Below the pieces are notes generated by a model. That model did not search any database. It was not told the DNA's origin and was given only the letters and a program-made list of their open reading frames with translations. Made by a program: the position numbers and the translations under genes. A DNA stretch of 61,680 nucleotides, counting the filler, from Choristocarpus tenellus KU-1152 (taxonomy: Eukaryota; Protista; Phaeophyceae), in the NCBI GenBank assembly GCA_964200185.2. It is 12 parts of 12 records of this genome, joined end to end, with 100 filler letters (N's around TTAATTAATTAA, not from the genome) between each part and the next. Parts side by side here need not be neighbours in the genome. Positions count along the whole stretch, not along the records: positions 23,370 to 29,301 come from CAXNAD020009378.1; positions 29,402 to 32,026 come from CAXNAD020026176.1; positions 32,127 to 36,503 come from CAXNAD020014835.1; positions 36,604 to 39,883 come from CAXNAD020021069.1; 8 more parts are not named here. One strand, given 5' to 3'. Positions 25,148-37,923 of the stretch are shown piece after piece (the stretch's first letter is position 1; each line of letters opens with the position of its first letter).

Positions 25148-26148
25148 CTTATCTGCACATGCAGTGCTGTAAACTATAGTGTCGCCATCCCTTGCCAACA
25201 CAGACCCTGCTGCCTGACGACCCATTTTCCCTGTCTCGAAGCTAATCTGAGGAGTTGGCGAAATACTCGGGGGAGGTTAGGCACTGCGGGGGTAGTAGGG
25301 GAAACGTTCCACTGCATAGGAACATGTGCCGTTGTATCCATGTTACCTCAACTAAATCATGTGGTCCGTGCGTAAGACCTTGTGTACAATCTGTATCAAG
25401 TTTAGTGCCTGGTTTCAGATACAGAGAGTTGCACGAATGCATAGAGAAGAGCTCACCTGTTTTCCCCCAAAGACAACTGTCAGTTTACTCTCCCCGCCTT
25501 CTCCAGTCTCGATGTTGAAAGTTGGGGATGATTCATGGTCCTCTCCATCACCACCATCACCTGATTTGCAATGACGGGGATAGTTGACTTGGGGACCAAC
25601 CCTCGACGCAGGCGTAGTAAGCCAAGGAGAGTTGCGAGGTCCAACAATTAGAGCTCCAGTATTCCCTGAGGAAGAGCAACATACGACGAAACCCATGTGG
25701 GATGCAGCACAGGTGGACTTCAATGCTAGGTTTTTGGTAGGTTTTGATGTTGAGTAAGAAAGAGGAGAGGAGGGAGCTCAGGAAGGGACGAAGTAAGGAA
25801 ACTAGTGTACAAGTATAGCCATATAGCAATCCAACGAGTTGCATAGGCATGCATAAAGGTGGCATGGCGTCTAAACATGCTAACGTAAATTTGCGTGTGG
25901 CACGTCCATCTGAGCCGTGCTCTCAAAAGGGGTTGCACGAGTATCCCAGCTCTAAGCCCGAGTGCTCAGAGTTTCATGCTAACAACTTAGGGAAGAGTAA
26001 AATCATGTGATAGCAAGCATTTGCCCTGGGATACTTGCAAACTCTGATCAAACAAGGTCCATATTCAGTAACCTTGCAGTGGCCCCAGAGGAGTCATGAA
26101 CGCCGAAGTGGAGGCCAGCGCCGAAACAAGGAACAAAAACGATCCCAT
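25148..26148 (-). CDS. PNP: Plastid-targeted polyribonucleotide nucleotidyltransferase (PNPase), 5' partial. Exons 26148-26073, 25725-25457, 25246-25148
   Basis: Phase-compatible GT-AG junctions. LTVVFGGKQ|ISFETGKMGRQAAGSVLARDGDTIVYSTACADK matches the start of PNPase RNase-PH domain 1. N-terminus MGSFLFLVSALASTSA-FMTP is a signal peptide plus ASAF motif, followed by an S/T/R-rich transit peptide. Confidence 0.88.
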
Positions 26149-29100
26149 TCTTTGAGAACGGTTCAATGATGGGCTCCCCCTATTCAGAGACCCACAAGAG
26201 GTCGCCATGACCATCTTGGGGCTAGCAAGGAGTGTGTCACATAACATGAGGCGTCTGCCTGAGTTGATCCAGGGTTAGGGCAAATTATCCAACTCATAAA
26301 ACAATACTACAAAATATAATTGTGAATAGTAGATTTAGGAGGATTTGTTAGTAGTCAGACAACAGACGTACTAATTCCGCTCAGAACAGGGAGCATGTCT
26401 ACATCACATATAAAATAAACTACCAACCAAGACAATGTGTACACTCGCTAAAACGATATCCCCCCATACTACGAATCAGAGTGGGGGATGGGAAGGATGG
26501 TGGGAAGGATGGTGTGAGGGATGGTCTTCATGGAGTTCCTTGTTGTGAAGAATACACCCTGTTGAACATGTGAATAACAGCCGATTTCAAAAATTGAGGA
26601 TGGAGCTTTTCATTGAGGATGGGCTTGACCCAAAATTGACTGGGATAAAGTGTCGATATATATATTTTTTGTAGCATCCCTGTAGAAGAACCTTATTAGC
26701 CTGGTCTAAACTGGAGAATAGGACAACAGGGAGGGGTCGAATTAATGTGTGAAGGGAGAAGAACACGAACGTCGAGTTGCAAGTTACGAGTGCAGCTGAC
26801 AAATGAGCCCAGATGAACGACCTGCAAAAGGTGCCTCAGCTGATGAGGGTCCCAGCTGGAGACTCGAAAACTATTACTTTCATTACTGTGCTCTTTCTAC
26901 ACCGTCAGAAGCGCCATCTCGTGAAATATTAGACATGAACTATTAACTATTAATATCGCTTATGTTTTGAGCCAGAAGAGCGAAGAATATGTGGATGAGT
27001 GGTTGCAAAGGAGAATATCTTTAAAAACAAGTACTGGCTACATGCCCCAGTAATTTAACTTTGCGTGTGCCCATCGACATTGTTGTTACGCCTTCAGGGG
27101 AGAGAAAGGAAGGCAAGAGCGTATGACAAAGAACGAAACACAACAACAAAAAATAAGGGAGTTTTTGTGTCGGTTGGGATTAAACAAACAATTAGAACAA
27201 CGAACAAAAAGAGTTTTTTCACCCAAGACAATACGATGTGAATAGTTTCCCTTTCTCTGACACATGTGTAAAATGTCGAAAGACGTATAATATATGTAAA
27301 ATATGTATGAATGCACGTATGACAAATGAAGTTGCCATACATAGTATATTATAGAGAAATCCCAAGTATGATACTCTTAAACGTTTCCCAAGTTGTAGAA
27401 CCCCTGCTGTGTTTTGGTTCTTCTCAGTTCTATTCAAGCTGTTTTTGCTCTTTTCCAGTCTATTGAAACCAAGCGTGAACGTATTGTTAACGTGCATCCA
27501 GAAAAAGCCTGCTGTTCGCTCCTGTGGAATTATATACGCGTACGTAGTAAGTAGCACAACAATTGTATATTGGGTACGTACGTTGTGTATGTACGAAGAG
27601 TGACCTCGCATATTTAACAACTTAGTTATATCCCAAGCCTACCATAAAAAAATATGTCAGGAGTTCTTTGCAACATTGAAATTATGGAATAGAGATAAAA
27701 GAACACTAGAAGAGTGGAAACTTCTTACTGACTGGTCGGATCTCTGACCAACTCTTGGTATGTTCTTCCTTCCTTCAATGACTTGTGACCTGGATTTCCT
27801 CAAAGCTTTGTCTGTTGTGCTAGGATATATGTGTCTTGCAGATAGATCTTTGAAAAGTTCCCAGAGACTCAAAGCCTTGACAGACCGCATGCATAGTCAT
27901 AGCGATAAATGGAGATATGCAGGGATAAGTGAAAGCGAAATTTTGTTGTGGTCAGGTAGGCGTCGTCCTGTGTGACTCATCCAGGAGCTCAAAATATAAA
28001 TAGAAAATAACCGAATATCACACTCTTTCCCCAATAATAAGTATGTCTGATATTTTTCAACTGATTTATTCAACCTGACTAAACCGTTTTTTTAATACCT
28101 TGTCTTGTAGGAATGCCTTAAAATATATGTGGAGACCCTATATATATATATATATATGTATGTATGGTATACGGTGCAGAGTCCACACACACCAACATAA
28201 TATCAACACCGAAGTCAAGAAAGTCAACCATCCCTGTTTTTTGAGTCCTGTAGGATCCACAATCCCACACAATGCATTCTACGTGGAAATTCACAAATTC
28301 ACACAACGTAGTAATTCATACTACCCTTATAATTGTATTATGTGGTAATTCACAACGCCTAGTGCTTCGAAGTACTAGTTAAGATGTTCATATACCAAAC
28401 ATTTTCTCCAACAAGAATTGCCTGAAAGGAAAGTAATTTTCCGTATCATTATTATATATTTTATACAGTATATAATGCCTAACGACCATTGACAAGTTTC
28501 AGCTGTTTCTAGCAGTAGTAGTTGTAGAGGAGGAGGACAAACAACTTACAAGAGAAAATAAACACTTCCGACAACACAGACAGAGTGTGCATTTGTTGGT
28601 TTCAAGAAAGAAAGGCCATCCTACTATGATCTTGGATTATTCTTTGGGGTACTTACTAATATTGAGTCAAAGTGAACGATAGGTGCCCAGGTTTTGGCCT
28701 TTTGCATTTAGAATAAGCTTTTCAACAAGTTGCAATTCACCCATATTTCTACGACTGAAGTGCTAAGTTTGACAAGTTGAGAGCCTTGATTTCTCTGTTG
28801 TTTGAAGCTCTTTGACAAAATGAATCACTTTTCCTACCCACATTTGCGAAAAAAAGCAGAATTTTGTACGCTTTTATCAGCATCCTCTTGTTTACTTGGT
28901 CATCACATTATGGTCATAATAATAGTACTCTTCTACACCATGTAGTTATCCTCGAGGCATAGGATATAATACAACTATTGTGAATGCGGGCTTATAAATG
29001 TGGGAAGAATTGTAGGAAGGAGTCGGTTAGGTTCTCTATTGTTGTCCCAAACCTTTCATGAAGTGTCGGTAATCAAATATCATTTCTCTGGGGTAGACAC

Positions 29101-29566
29101 TTTATCTGCAATACAGACCATGCCGTATTGTGTTAGCGATTGGTATACAATGCAATATACCAGCAAACTGGTTACTCATTGGGTTGTTGCACTTCAAACT
29201 TTCGGTTTCACTGTCAAACTTAAGTTTAGTCAGCTATATATAATGCTTGATACTCTTATCTCGTACGGTCAAGTATCTAGGGGGTTCTGGGCGGGCGTCC
29301 GNNNNNNNNNNNNNNNNNNNNNNNNNNNNNNNNNNNNNNNNNNNNTTAATTAATTAANNNNNNNNNNNNNNNNNNNNNNNNNNNNNNNNNNNNNNNNNNN
29401 NTAGTCTTCCCCTCTACTGGGGGAACCATCCCCCAATGGCTAGGGTCTTTCATGCAAGGTACCTGTACAAAGGAGGGGAAAAAAATAAAAAGACATGACC
29501 CACAGGTGAGAAGACCTACTAAAATGATTGTATGAGGTATTGGATATATATGGACAAATGTATGTG

Positions 29567-29613
<47 letters not shown>

Positions 29614-29995
29614 ATACCCTGAGCACTCTATGTGTAAATGCGCAGTATACCTAATAAGAATACACCACCAGTCCGATTTATCCTCAAAATCGTCCAGTCA
29701 CTGATTTGATGGCTATACCTACTCGACTAAAAAAACATGGAATAGAAATTGTGTCCAAATAGGGTACAAGACGATATGAGGTACTATAGGAGTAAAATCT
29801 TCTTTGTAGGAGTGAAGTATTTAAATTGCAGCACATACCTGTTTCACGCTATAAAAGTGACAATCTATGCGCTGGCTTTAAATCTGATTCAAGATCCAAC
29901 CTGTGCCATCTCACACCAACAATAATACAATTTCTTGACCAAAAAACGAGGTATTTCCAGTGGTCCAATCCTAGACTGTTCCACCACTACCTGAC

Positions 29996-31756
29996 CTTTT
30001 CAAGAAGCCATGGTGCCACTCGAACTCTACTGTGTCTAGCTTCATCCTGCCCAGGAAGGTTCTTGAGCTCATCGCTCACATTGGCATCTGCGAGGGCAAA
30101 GCGCTACAACACCATAAAAAACAGAACAGATTCCAATGAGATTAAGGTACAATAGAACAGTTATAATTATATTGAGGGACAATAAATTGATTCCAAATAC
30201 AAAACATGTAACACACTAATTCTAGAAAGAATAAGATACAATAGAATATTTCTAATTATATTAAGGGACAATAAATTGATTCCGAAAACAAAAATATATA
30301 ACACACTAATTCTAGTAAGACTAAGATACAACAGAACAGTTCTAATCGATTAAGACGCGATATATTTATGCGATATATTGATTCTAATAAAACAAAAATG
30401 CAATAGAACCATTCAAATAAGATTAAGAAAAAATAGATTGATTCTGATAAGATTAAAACGAAACAGAACAACACTAGCAAGATTAAGATACAACAAATTG
30501 ATTCTAGTAAGATAAGGATGTAATAGAACAATTCTAACAGGTTTAAGATATAACAGATTGATTATATTGACACAAATACCAACCTAATTAAAAACGTTGC
30601 TTGATGTACAGACTACTTGCAATTTACAGAAGAAAAACTTGTACAGTGGTACAAATATTCATTAGAATTTCCCTGATTCCAAATCTCAACCCAGAGCCCA
30701 AGCCTGACACTAATTTCCATCACTTAACCTCCAAAGTAGTTGCAATCCTTGCTGCAAAACCCTGGTGAATAATTCATCAAAAGCACAATGCCGTTTCAGG
30801 TTCTAATCCGGAGTACATGAATATAAAAGCATTACAACGACAGGAGTCATCGCTTTCATCACACTACAAAAACCATCATTTCTTGATCCATCCACTATCA
30901 CACTCACTATTATAATAATAATAATATCAATAATACTACGAAACAGTTCCGACAATAATAACAATAAAAAATAACCCTAATGCTAAGTATATACAAAAAA
31001 GAAGAGAGTACAATCCATACACACAATCTGTAACATCCTTTAGCAATATTAACCCTAACCCTAGCCACCACACAACACATCAATGACCCTAACACTAACA
31101 CAACCCTGAGAAATCTCAAGCAAATCACACATCAGTATCAACCTCGCATCACACACCCCAACCCTAACCCTAACCCTAACACACAATACACACATCACCT
31201 TCTCCACCCACCCACATAAACCTTCAACCCTAACCCTAACCCTAACCCCTCACCTGATACAGTGTCCAGAACTCAACCCATTGGTATCGATCAACAACCC
31301 TCCTCTGAAAACCACTTTCCCCACCCCCCATGGCCTTTCCCTCAGACACTGACATACTGCCATCATCCCCTGACCCTAACCCTACCCCTGTTCCCCCTCC
31401 TCCCCCCAGTCCCTTCCCTCTGATGCTGTCAGTGTACACAGTGACATCCACATGCAGCATGTACCACCCGCAACTTGAGCTAAGGACCCCTTTCCCCCCC
31501 CCTTGCCCACCATCGCCTGTGTTATCACTCTCTCCGTTGGATGTGCCCTGCTTGCCCTTGCCCTTGTCCTTGTCACCTGCATTGTGAATCATTCGACACC
31601 AAATTAGTTTGATTGGATACTCGGGACGAAAGACAACATATTTCCACCAATAGAAAAAGCCAATGCTTCCATTATTGGCCCAATAGAACATGTTGATTTT
31701 GTAAGATCTCCTTACCCAGCCCGTCATCATTTGTCTTCACCTTGTACCTTTGCCAC
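29996..31756 (-). CDS. Two phase-compatible exons of an unidentified gene (31756-31716 and 30087-29996): WQRYKVKTNDDGL-D-ANVSDELKNLPGQDEARHSRVRVAPWLLEK
   Basis: Splice sites ctagtag| ... CTGG|gtaagg and ttgccctcgcag| ... AAG|gtcagg; the phase-1 junction keeps the frame open. Confidence 0.4.
30120..30565. repeat. Degenerate ~30-bp AT-rich tandem array (ATTCTAGTAAGATTAAGATACAA(C/T)AGAACA-like)
   Basis: About 14 diverged units. Confidence 0.75.
31050..31250 (-). repeat. Interstitial (CCCTAA)n clusters
   Basis: aaccctaaccctaaccctaac runs at about 31050, 31160 and 31226-31248. Confidence 0.85.
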
Positions 31757-31767
31757 CTACTAGAAAC

Positions 31768-31993
31768 ACTATTAGAATAGTAGATGGTATCAATAGTAAC
31801 CATCTGACAAATACCATTAGAATAGTAGATGGTAACAATAGTAACCATCTGATAAATACCATTAGAATAGTAGGTGCTACCAATAGTAACCATCTGATAA
31901 ATACCATTAGAATAGTAGGTGCTACCAATAGTAACCATCTGATAAATACCATTAGAATAGTAGGTGGTACCAATAGTATCTATCTGACAAATA
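31768..31993. repeat. 45-bp minisatellite (ATTAGAATAGTAG(A/G)TG(G/C)TACCAATAGTAACCATCTGATAAATACC) x5
   Basis: Head-to-tail units; the period is divisible by 3, which creates repetitive ORFs on both strands. Confidence 0.95.
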
Positions 31994-32126
31994 TTACGAA
32001 TCATACTAACCAGTACATACTTTCCANNNNNNNNNNNNNNNNNNNNNNNNNNNNNNNNNNNNNNNNNNNNTTAATTAATTAANNNNNNNNNNNNNNNNNN
32101 NNNNNNNNNNNNNNNNNNNNNNNNNN

Positions 32127-32199
32127 TAGAAACCCGTGAGAAGCCAATCCCCAAATGGACAAGCAGGGCAAAAATCGTACCCTCTAAGATACTTTCACT
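32127..32199 (+). mobile_element. MITE family B, 3' fragment at contig start
   Basis: cccaaatggacaagcagggcaaaaatcgtaccctctaagatactttcact matches the end of 39279-39532. Confidence 0.8.
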
Positions 32200-34399
32200 T
32201 TGATGTAGGGATCCAGTCTATGCTCCATTTATGTCGTTGAACTAAAAGGCGTCAATGATGCTCTTCCTTTCTCTCCTGGGTGTCCCTTGAAACGACCTTC
32301 TCTGGTGTGCGCTATTTGGTCCTTGTACAAATCATACATTTTCGCTTGTTGACAAAATTACTCTCACACAGACGATCATATTGTAGAAACAATCCTGTTG
32401 AATGGTGTAGCCCTCTTCAATGCCCGTGTGTGTCTCACTTACAGCAATCATGATCATTCTGGGCTGCTGCCAACTTTCCATGACCGACATCACACACAGA
32501 GCTGTGCGTGGGTAGCAGAGGGAGCCTATGCTAAGGGGGAAAAAAGGGGAAATCTCTTCCAGTTAGTAGCCACATTGGTTCAGCGTTTGAGGAGGAAAGG
32601 TGAAGTGGGGGGAGGGGCACCTCAGTAAGCCGGAAGTGCTTTACTGAAAGAGGAGAAGAGAGATCGAGAAGATTTACAAACTAACAGTCACAGTGCTCTA
32701 ACAGGACCAGGAGGAAGGAGCAGTATCGGAGGGTGGGTATTACACCTGGGTAGCAGGGGTGGAGTGTGTTAGCAGCGGTCTTTCGTCTGCCTGTGCAGAA
32801 GGAAATTGCCAACCTAAACATACATACTGAAGAGACAAACCAACGGAGAGGTAGGCAGGGCTGCAATTGTTTGAGGATCCCTAGGGAGAGTATATATTTT
32901 TTTGTGCAATTGTAGAAAGAGCCTTTCCTGAAATATGGTGCCACTTTGTGTGTGGAAAGGGGGAATATCAATTTTGCTTGGAATATTGTGTATATAAAGC
33001 AATGGAATAGAGTGTATTGCACAGGGAGGGCAAGATGCCTTAAAACGCAAAAGGGTCTCAATCCGCTTACCTCTCAGTTGTTATGGCTCTGGAGTTTGTA
33101 ACATTGGGGGCTGTGAGTATGCTAGACCTTTGAATTGGCTAGCAGGGAACAATTTATAAAAACTGATAAAAGGCACCACAGGCAAGGGCCCCATCAAACA
33201 GCATCAATGCAAATCGCATCCTGGACCAAGGAACGAAAATTGTCCAGAAAATAATTGTATCAACGAGTTTGAGGCTAGATCATATATTTCCACCAATATA
33301 AATTGAAGGTTTTGGTGGCATTGCTGACCGCACAATAATGCTTGATACCAGTATTTTTCTCTTCGTCTCATCAGAAATCGGCGGCACTAAGGAGTGATGG
33401 GTGGTGGTTCGAGGTACACATAGTTAGTAGCCAGCACCCCCAGTACCCATGACCCAACCAGGATTCTTCAATAGTATACTGAAGGATAAGTTGTGAGCGG
33501 TGAGATAATATGTAACGGACAATGGAGCCCTGCTGGGTCGTTGGTGGTTGTCACTACCCACAATCAAAGAGCGGGTTGCATTTCTATAATAAGGAGTGTG
33601 GGAATATGCTGCACCACCTATGTGTCCAAAAGTTCTGCATGTGCGACGGTTTGAGGGTTTTGTGGAGGGCTTAACTTCTGCATTCTGAAGGGGAACTAGA
33701 TCGAGGGTGTAGACTGAACTCTGATGTCGACTTCAGATCAAGGCCGGCCTCCAACCCCCAGCACTAGAGATGCTTTTGTATCACCCCATCATGCTCTTCC
33801 TATCCTTCAGGAAATGCTGAACGAATACAAATGTCCCCAAAGAAACTTCACGTTTGGGCGGTTCCCATCAGCAGTTGGGAGGCGTCTATGCTTTCAACAG
33901 GCTCAACTAGTTACTCCCACAACGCACAGGGAGGGTCGGCAGGTTTGCCCGTGGACTTTTCAAATCGTATGGATGGCTCTATGTGTTTCCCATCCCATCA
34001 GACTTGACAATTCTTAAATTGCGAGCCAAAATAATTTATTCGTAGAAGTAAAAAGAGGTCGGCTCGAAATTATTCGATGTATTCGATCATAATCAAACCA
34101 TACGCGAACCCGACATGACTAATGGCGTCCATGGCCCCGAGGTAAGGCCCCTTCATGACAGGCCACACCACAGGCGATTTTTTTCAAAGCATTCTTATTT
34201 CTGTTCTGTTTTTAAAAGCAAAACTAGATACATTTTGATGTGCTGTGTGGTATACTTTTCTTAAATGTATGTGTGTTTTGGAGAAGGAGGCACTTAGGAG
34301 TTGTCACGATATAATGGAATGAGGCATTTTATATTCAAGAGTTGTTTGATCTTGTAACTGTTTTTGTCGGTAGGTATGTGTGCCTTCACATAGCTGGTT

Positions 34400-35330
34400 C
34401 AGTTTTCAGGTGGCATCCTTTCTGCTGCCTAGGTTGGTAGCCTCCCATGTGTCCATCTCCACCAACATATTGCTAAGGAGGACAACGAGCTACACACAAC
34501 CTGGTTCCAGCCTGCTCGTTTTTAGTTCATATTATTCCAAGTTAGCCAATATGCGCTCTGAGTCTGCTTGTTTATTCAGGAATGGTCATAGTGTCGTGAG
34601 GAAGTTTGGCCTGGTACAAACAATTTTTGCTCCCTTCCTGACACCACTTGAGCAGGTTGTTGTAAGCTCCACTGTCCATATCAATTGTTGGGAGCCCTCC
34701 AACAACCTTGAAGGCATCAACCTCTAAATGTGCTGCTTCCTCCATGTTCTCCCATAACAGCGTGTTCTAATATCTCATCACAACCAGCTGAACTCCCCTC
34801 ACACATTGAAAGGGAAGCTCTTATTAACTCCTTTGTGTCATTTATGGGACGGCTGCCCTTGCTCAGGATGGACTGTATGTGGAAGTGAGCTTGAATCCAC
34901 CATTCGACTATTCTCTCCCTCCTATACTCTGTGCTCCTCCTCCACAATGACAAGAGCTTCCAACTCCACCTACCTCCAAATGTACTAATCATGCTCGTCC
35001 TCTGGAATCCCGTAAAATATCTTGGTTGTGGGGTCCAGACAAGTAGTTAGGACCTGGCTCCACTTCAACCCTCTGGGCTACCTGTTTTCACCATTCCTCC
35101 CTGAACCAGGGCGGTCCACAAAATAGTAAACATCAAGCTTGTGCACTGGTACACATATGTTTTCATCCACCTGTGTTCAAGAGTGGTGGCTTTGGAGGTA
35201 CTCAGGCTTCCGCCGCTTCTCCTGCTCCACTTGTACATCATAGATAGTGGGGACAATCAGAGACATTGTCAAGCATGTGTCACCCTTGAGAGTCTCCTGT
35301 GCTTCCACGATGGTCTCAAATAACTATTTG
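34400..35330 (-). mobile_element. Very decayed copia-like RT relic
   Basis: Weak remnants such as LNTQVDENI (cf. FLNGxLDEEIY) and THxEA (cf. HWxAAK); heavily disrupted. Confidence 0.25.
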
Positions 35331-35549
35331 AACTATACTCATCACTTGAGTATATTAATAGAATAAGTAAAAAAGAGGCGAGGTCGGAGACAGGGAAGAA
35401 ATAATAAAGATTAGAGAGGCATAAAACACAAAAAATAAACTTTAAATGACAAATGCTACTACAAAGTTGATGACCTTGACACGGCTTTAACTGTGCAGGA
35501 AGAAGGAACAGATTGGTTCGTTTATTGCACAAAGTATTTGTAAACAGGC

Positions 35550-35610
35550 TTGACAGGTGACAGGTGACAGGTGACAGGTGACAGGTGACAGGTGACAGGT
35601 GACAGGTGAC
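35550..35610. repeat. (TGACAGG)n heptamer repeat, ~8 units
   Basis: Seen directly. Confidence 0.95.
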
Positions 35611-36443
35611 TTACACACTTCCTTCCTCCTACAAGTGATTCCAATTTCTATTTTACGTTCCAATTCCAACTGGTGACCTCGAACTCGAATGTCGACATCT
35701 GTTGTGGGCGACCATAGTTCTTGTTACCATGAAGAACTATGGGAGGATTGAAGCACAAGAAGCGATCCACCGTAGGATAAGTGTATCACCAACATGTTGG
35801 TATACACCCTGCATCACTTTCTTTAGTCTGATCCTCGATATTTCCTGTATATCTCCTCTAAGCGGTCCTTGTACTGGATGAACTTTGAATAGACTCCAAC
35901 AGATATCTCAGCTGATTTAATGACATCTTTTACCCCTTCACTGTTGAATGCTATACCAGGCACACACTCAGTAGTTGGTCGTGATATGATGGTCTTTCCA
36001 TCTTAACTGTTCGTCACTTACTGCTAGCTTTCAAGGTTAATTCTGGCTCTTCTTCTTACCTTACAGCTTCCTTGCCATCATCCTCCACGACCAGAAGAAG
36101 GGTATTATGCATTTCCAGCACATGGGTCGATATCATACTTATGTCGTTACCCAACCTCAAAATCTCCATAGTACCAGAGACATTTTGCCTAATTATGAAG
36201 TCCTAGATATGTGTATGGCGCTTGTTTTATCGTTGTTTGTGAGCCTGTGATTTTCTTAATCTCCTCTAAACATCCCAGAGAAGAGAAACAACAACAACTG
36301 AACAATCGATCTCAAGATTCTTGGTTTCGATTAAACTGTAATTTAATGGAGCATTGGACCGATTCAATCTCTACCGTTCACAACACTACAACTAAAATTT
36401 GTCATCATTCAGAACACGAAATTAGAAACTACAATATAGTATA

Positions 36444-36503
36444 TATATTATTATTATGCCCTCTGACATTTTGCAGATGTGTCAGGGGGAAACCAATGAA
36501 AAC
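36444..36503 (+). repeat. Dispersed hairpin-bearing repeat family C; other copies 38250-38290 (-), 45464-45512 (+), 54762-54835 (-)
   Basis: Consensus ttatgccctctgacattttgcagatgtgtcagggggaaaccaatgaaaac with a CTGACA...TGTCAG stem. Confidence 0.8.
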
Positions 36504-36946
36504 NNNNNNNNNNNNNNNNNNNNNNNNNNNNNNNNNNNNNNNNNNNNTTAATTAATTAANNNNNNNNNNNNNNNNNNNNNNNNNNNNNNNNNNNNNNNNN
36601 NNNCTCTACAGACACCAAGCAATCTCGCCGAGTTTATCACATTTATCCTCTTTGATGATTTTGGGGATACTTTAACAAACGAATAGTTAAAGATTGAGTG
36701 GTTAAGAAAATGACGAATATGCTCTGCATTCAGGGAGGATAGGGGAGCCACCAGGCTGGCAAACCAGGGAGTTTTAGATATGGTAATTCAGAGGGAGGGG
36801 AGATGGAAGTCAAGTGCGTTCATGGTGTATATCAGGGCCAACCAGAGGGACTCGGTGTGGTTTTAGATGGGTCTGGCAGAGAGTAGTAAGAATTGGGTTC
36901 AACCAAGGCAGGACTTAAAGTCTGATCTAGAAGAAATTGACCCCGA

Positions 36947-37923
36947 AGGGGAAGGGAGGTCAACATTGGGTGGGGTAGATGTCTTCTAGCTCAAAGGCGC
37001 GGTATGAAGGGGATGAAGGGGGGTTCTTGGATGATTATGGATTGGTGCTGAAGGGTGCTGAATGGTGTGGTGGAGTGTTAAGTGGAGTGGATTGACTGGA
37101 GTGGTAACTGGTGTGGGGTTGAGTGGGGTCGAAAGGGATTGAAAGGGGTGGTAGAGACCGGAAATCAATGGCGAAAGGGGTCGCATTGGTTGGTCATCGG
37201 ATATGGGGGGTTGAATGGAAATCACTGGAAATCAGTGGTAACAGGGGTTAATCCTGGTTGGTCATCAGAGGTGGATGGTGGTTGGAAACCAGTGGCGAAG
37301 AGGCCGCACTGGTTGGTCACAAGGGTTGCTAGAATGTAGGGAGAAAAGGGAATAGGAAGGAATATAAACGAAGAATATAATAATAATCATCCAGAATTCG
37401 TGAGCAAAACAAAAGTTGAATCGAGTTGTGACAAAAAAGAGTATTATTATCTATTTTAATGCGGAAGTATAAATGGGGTTGTGGGTCAATGAGTTAAATG
37501 ACATCGATCAGAGGGTTGGAACCTCTTCGGCAGCATAGTTTGTTCACGAAAACCGGGTTTCAACGTGGCAAGGACAACGGATTGTAAACTCTGCACTATC
37601 CTCATCTCTTTGCTATACACACTATCCTTATTACCTCACAAATATACGCCCAAATCCACATCTCCAGTCACCACCCACAGCCCCCAACACCTCATATCCA
37701 GTACCAACCAGTGTAGCCAATCTTCGCCACTTGTTTCCAGTAACCAATCAATGTGACCAATTACAACGAATCCATTCCACCTTCCTCCACAACACTTTCC
37801 ACTACACCACACCACACCACTCCACATTCATCCAAGAACACCTCTCAATCATCCACTTCAATACCGTGCCTTTGAACTAGAAGACATTTACCCTGCCCAA
37901 ACTCCACCCCCCTCCCTACCCCC
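36947..37923. mobile_element. ~1-kb fold-back structure with diverged inverted arms of ~250-350 bp
   Basis: ttgggtggggtagatgtcttctagctcaaaggcgcggtat (36966-37004) matches the reverse complement of ataccgtgcctttgaactagaagacatttaccctgcccaa (37861-37900); similarity continues inward. Confidence 0.7.

Noticed and set aside
31672-32082. Repeat-protein ORFs (NTIRIVGATNSNHLI / TYYSNGIYQMVTIG)
   Set aside because: By-product of a 45-bp minisatellite that is open in several frames on both strands.
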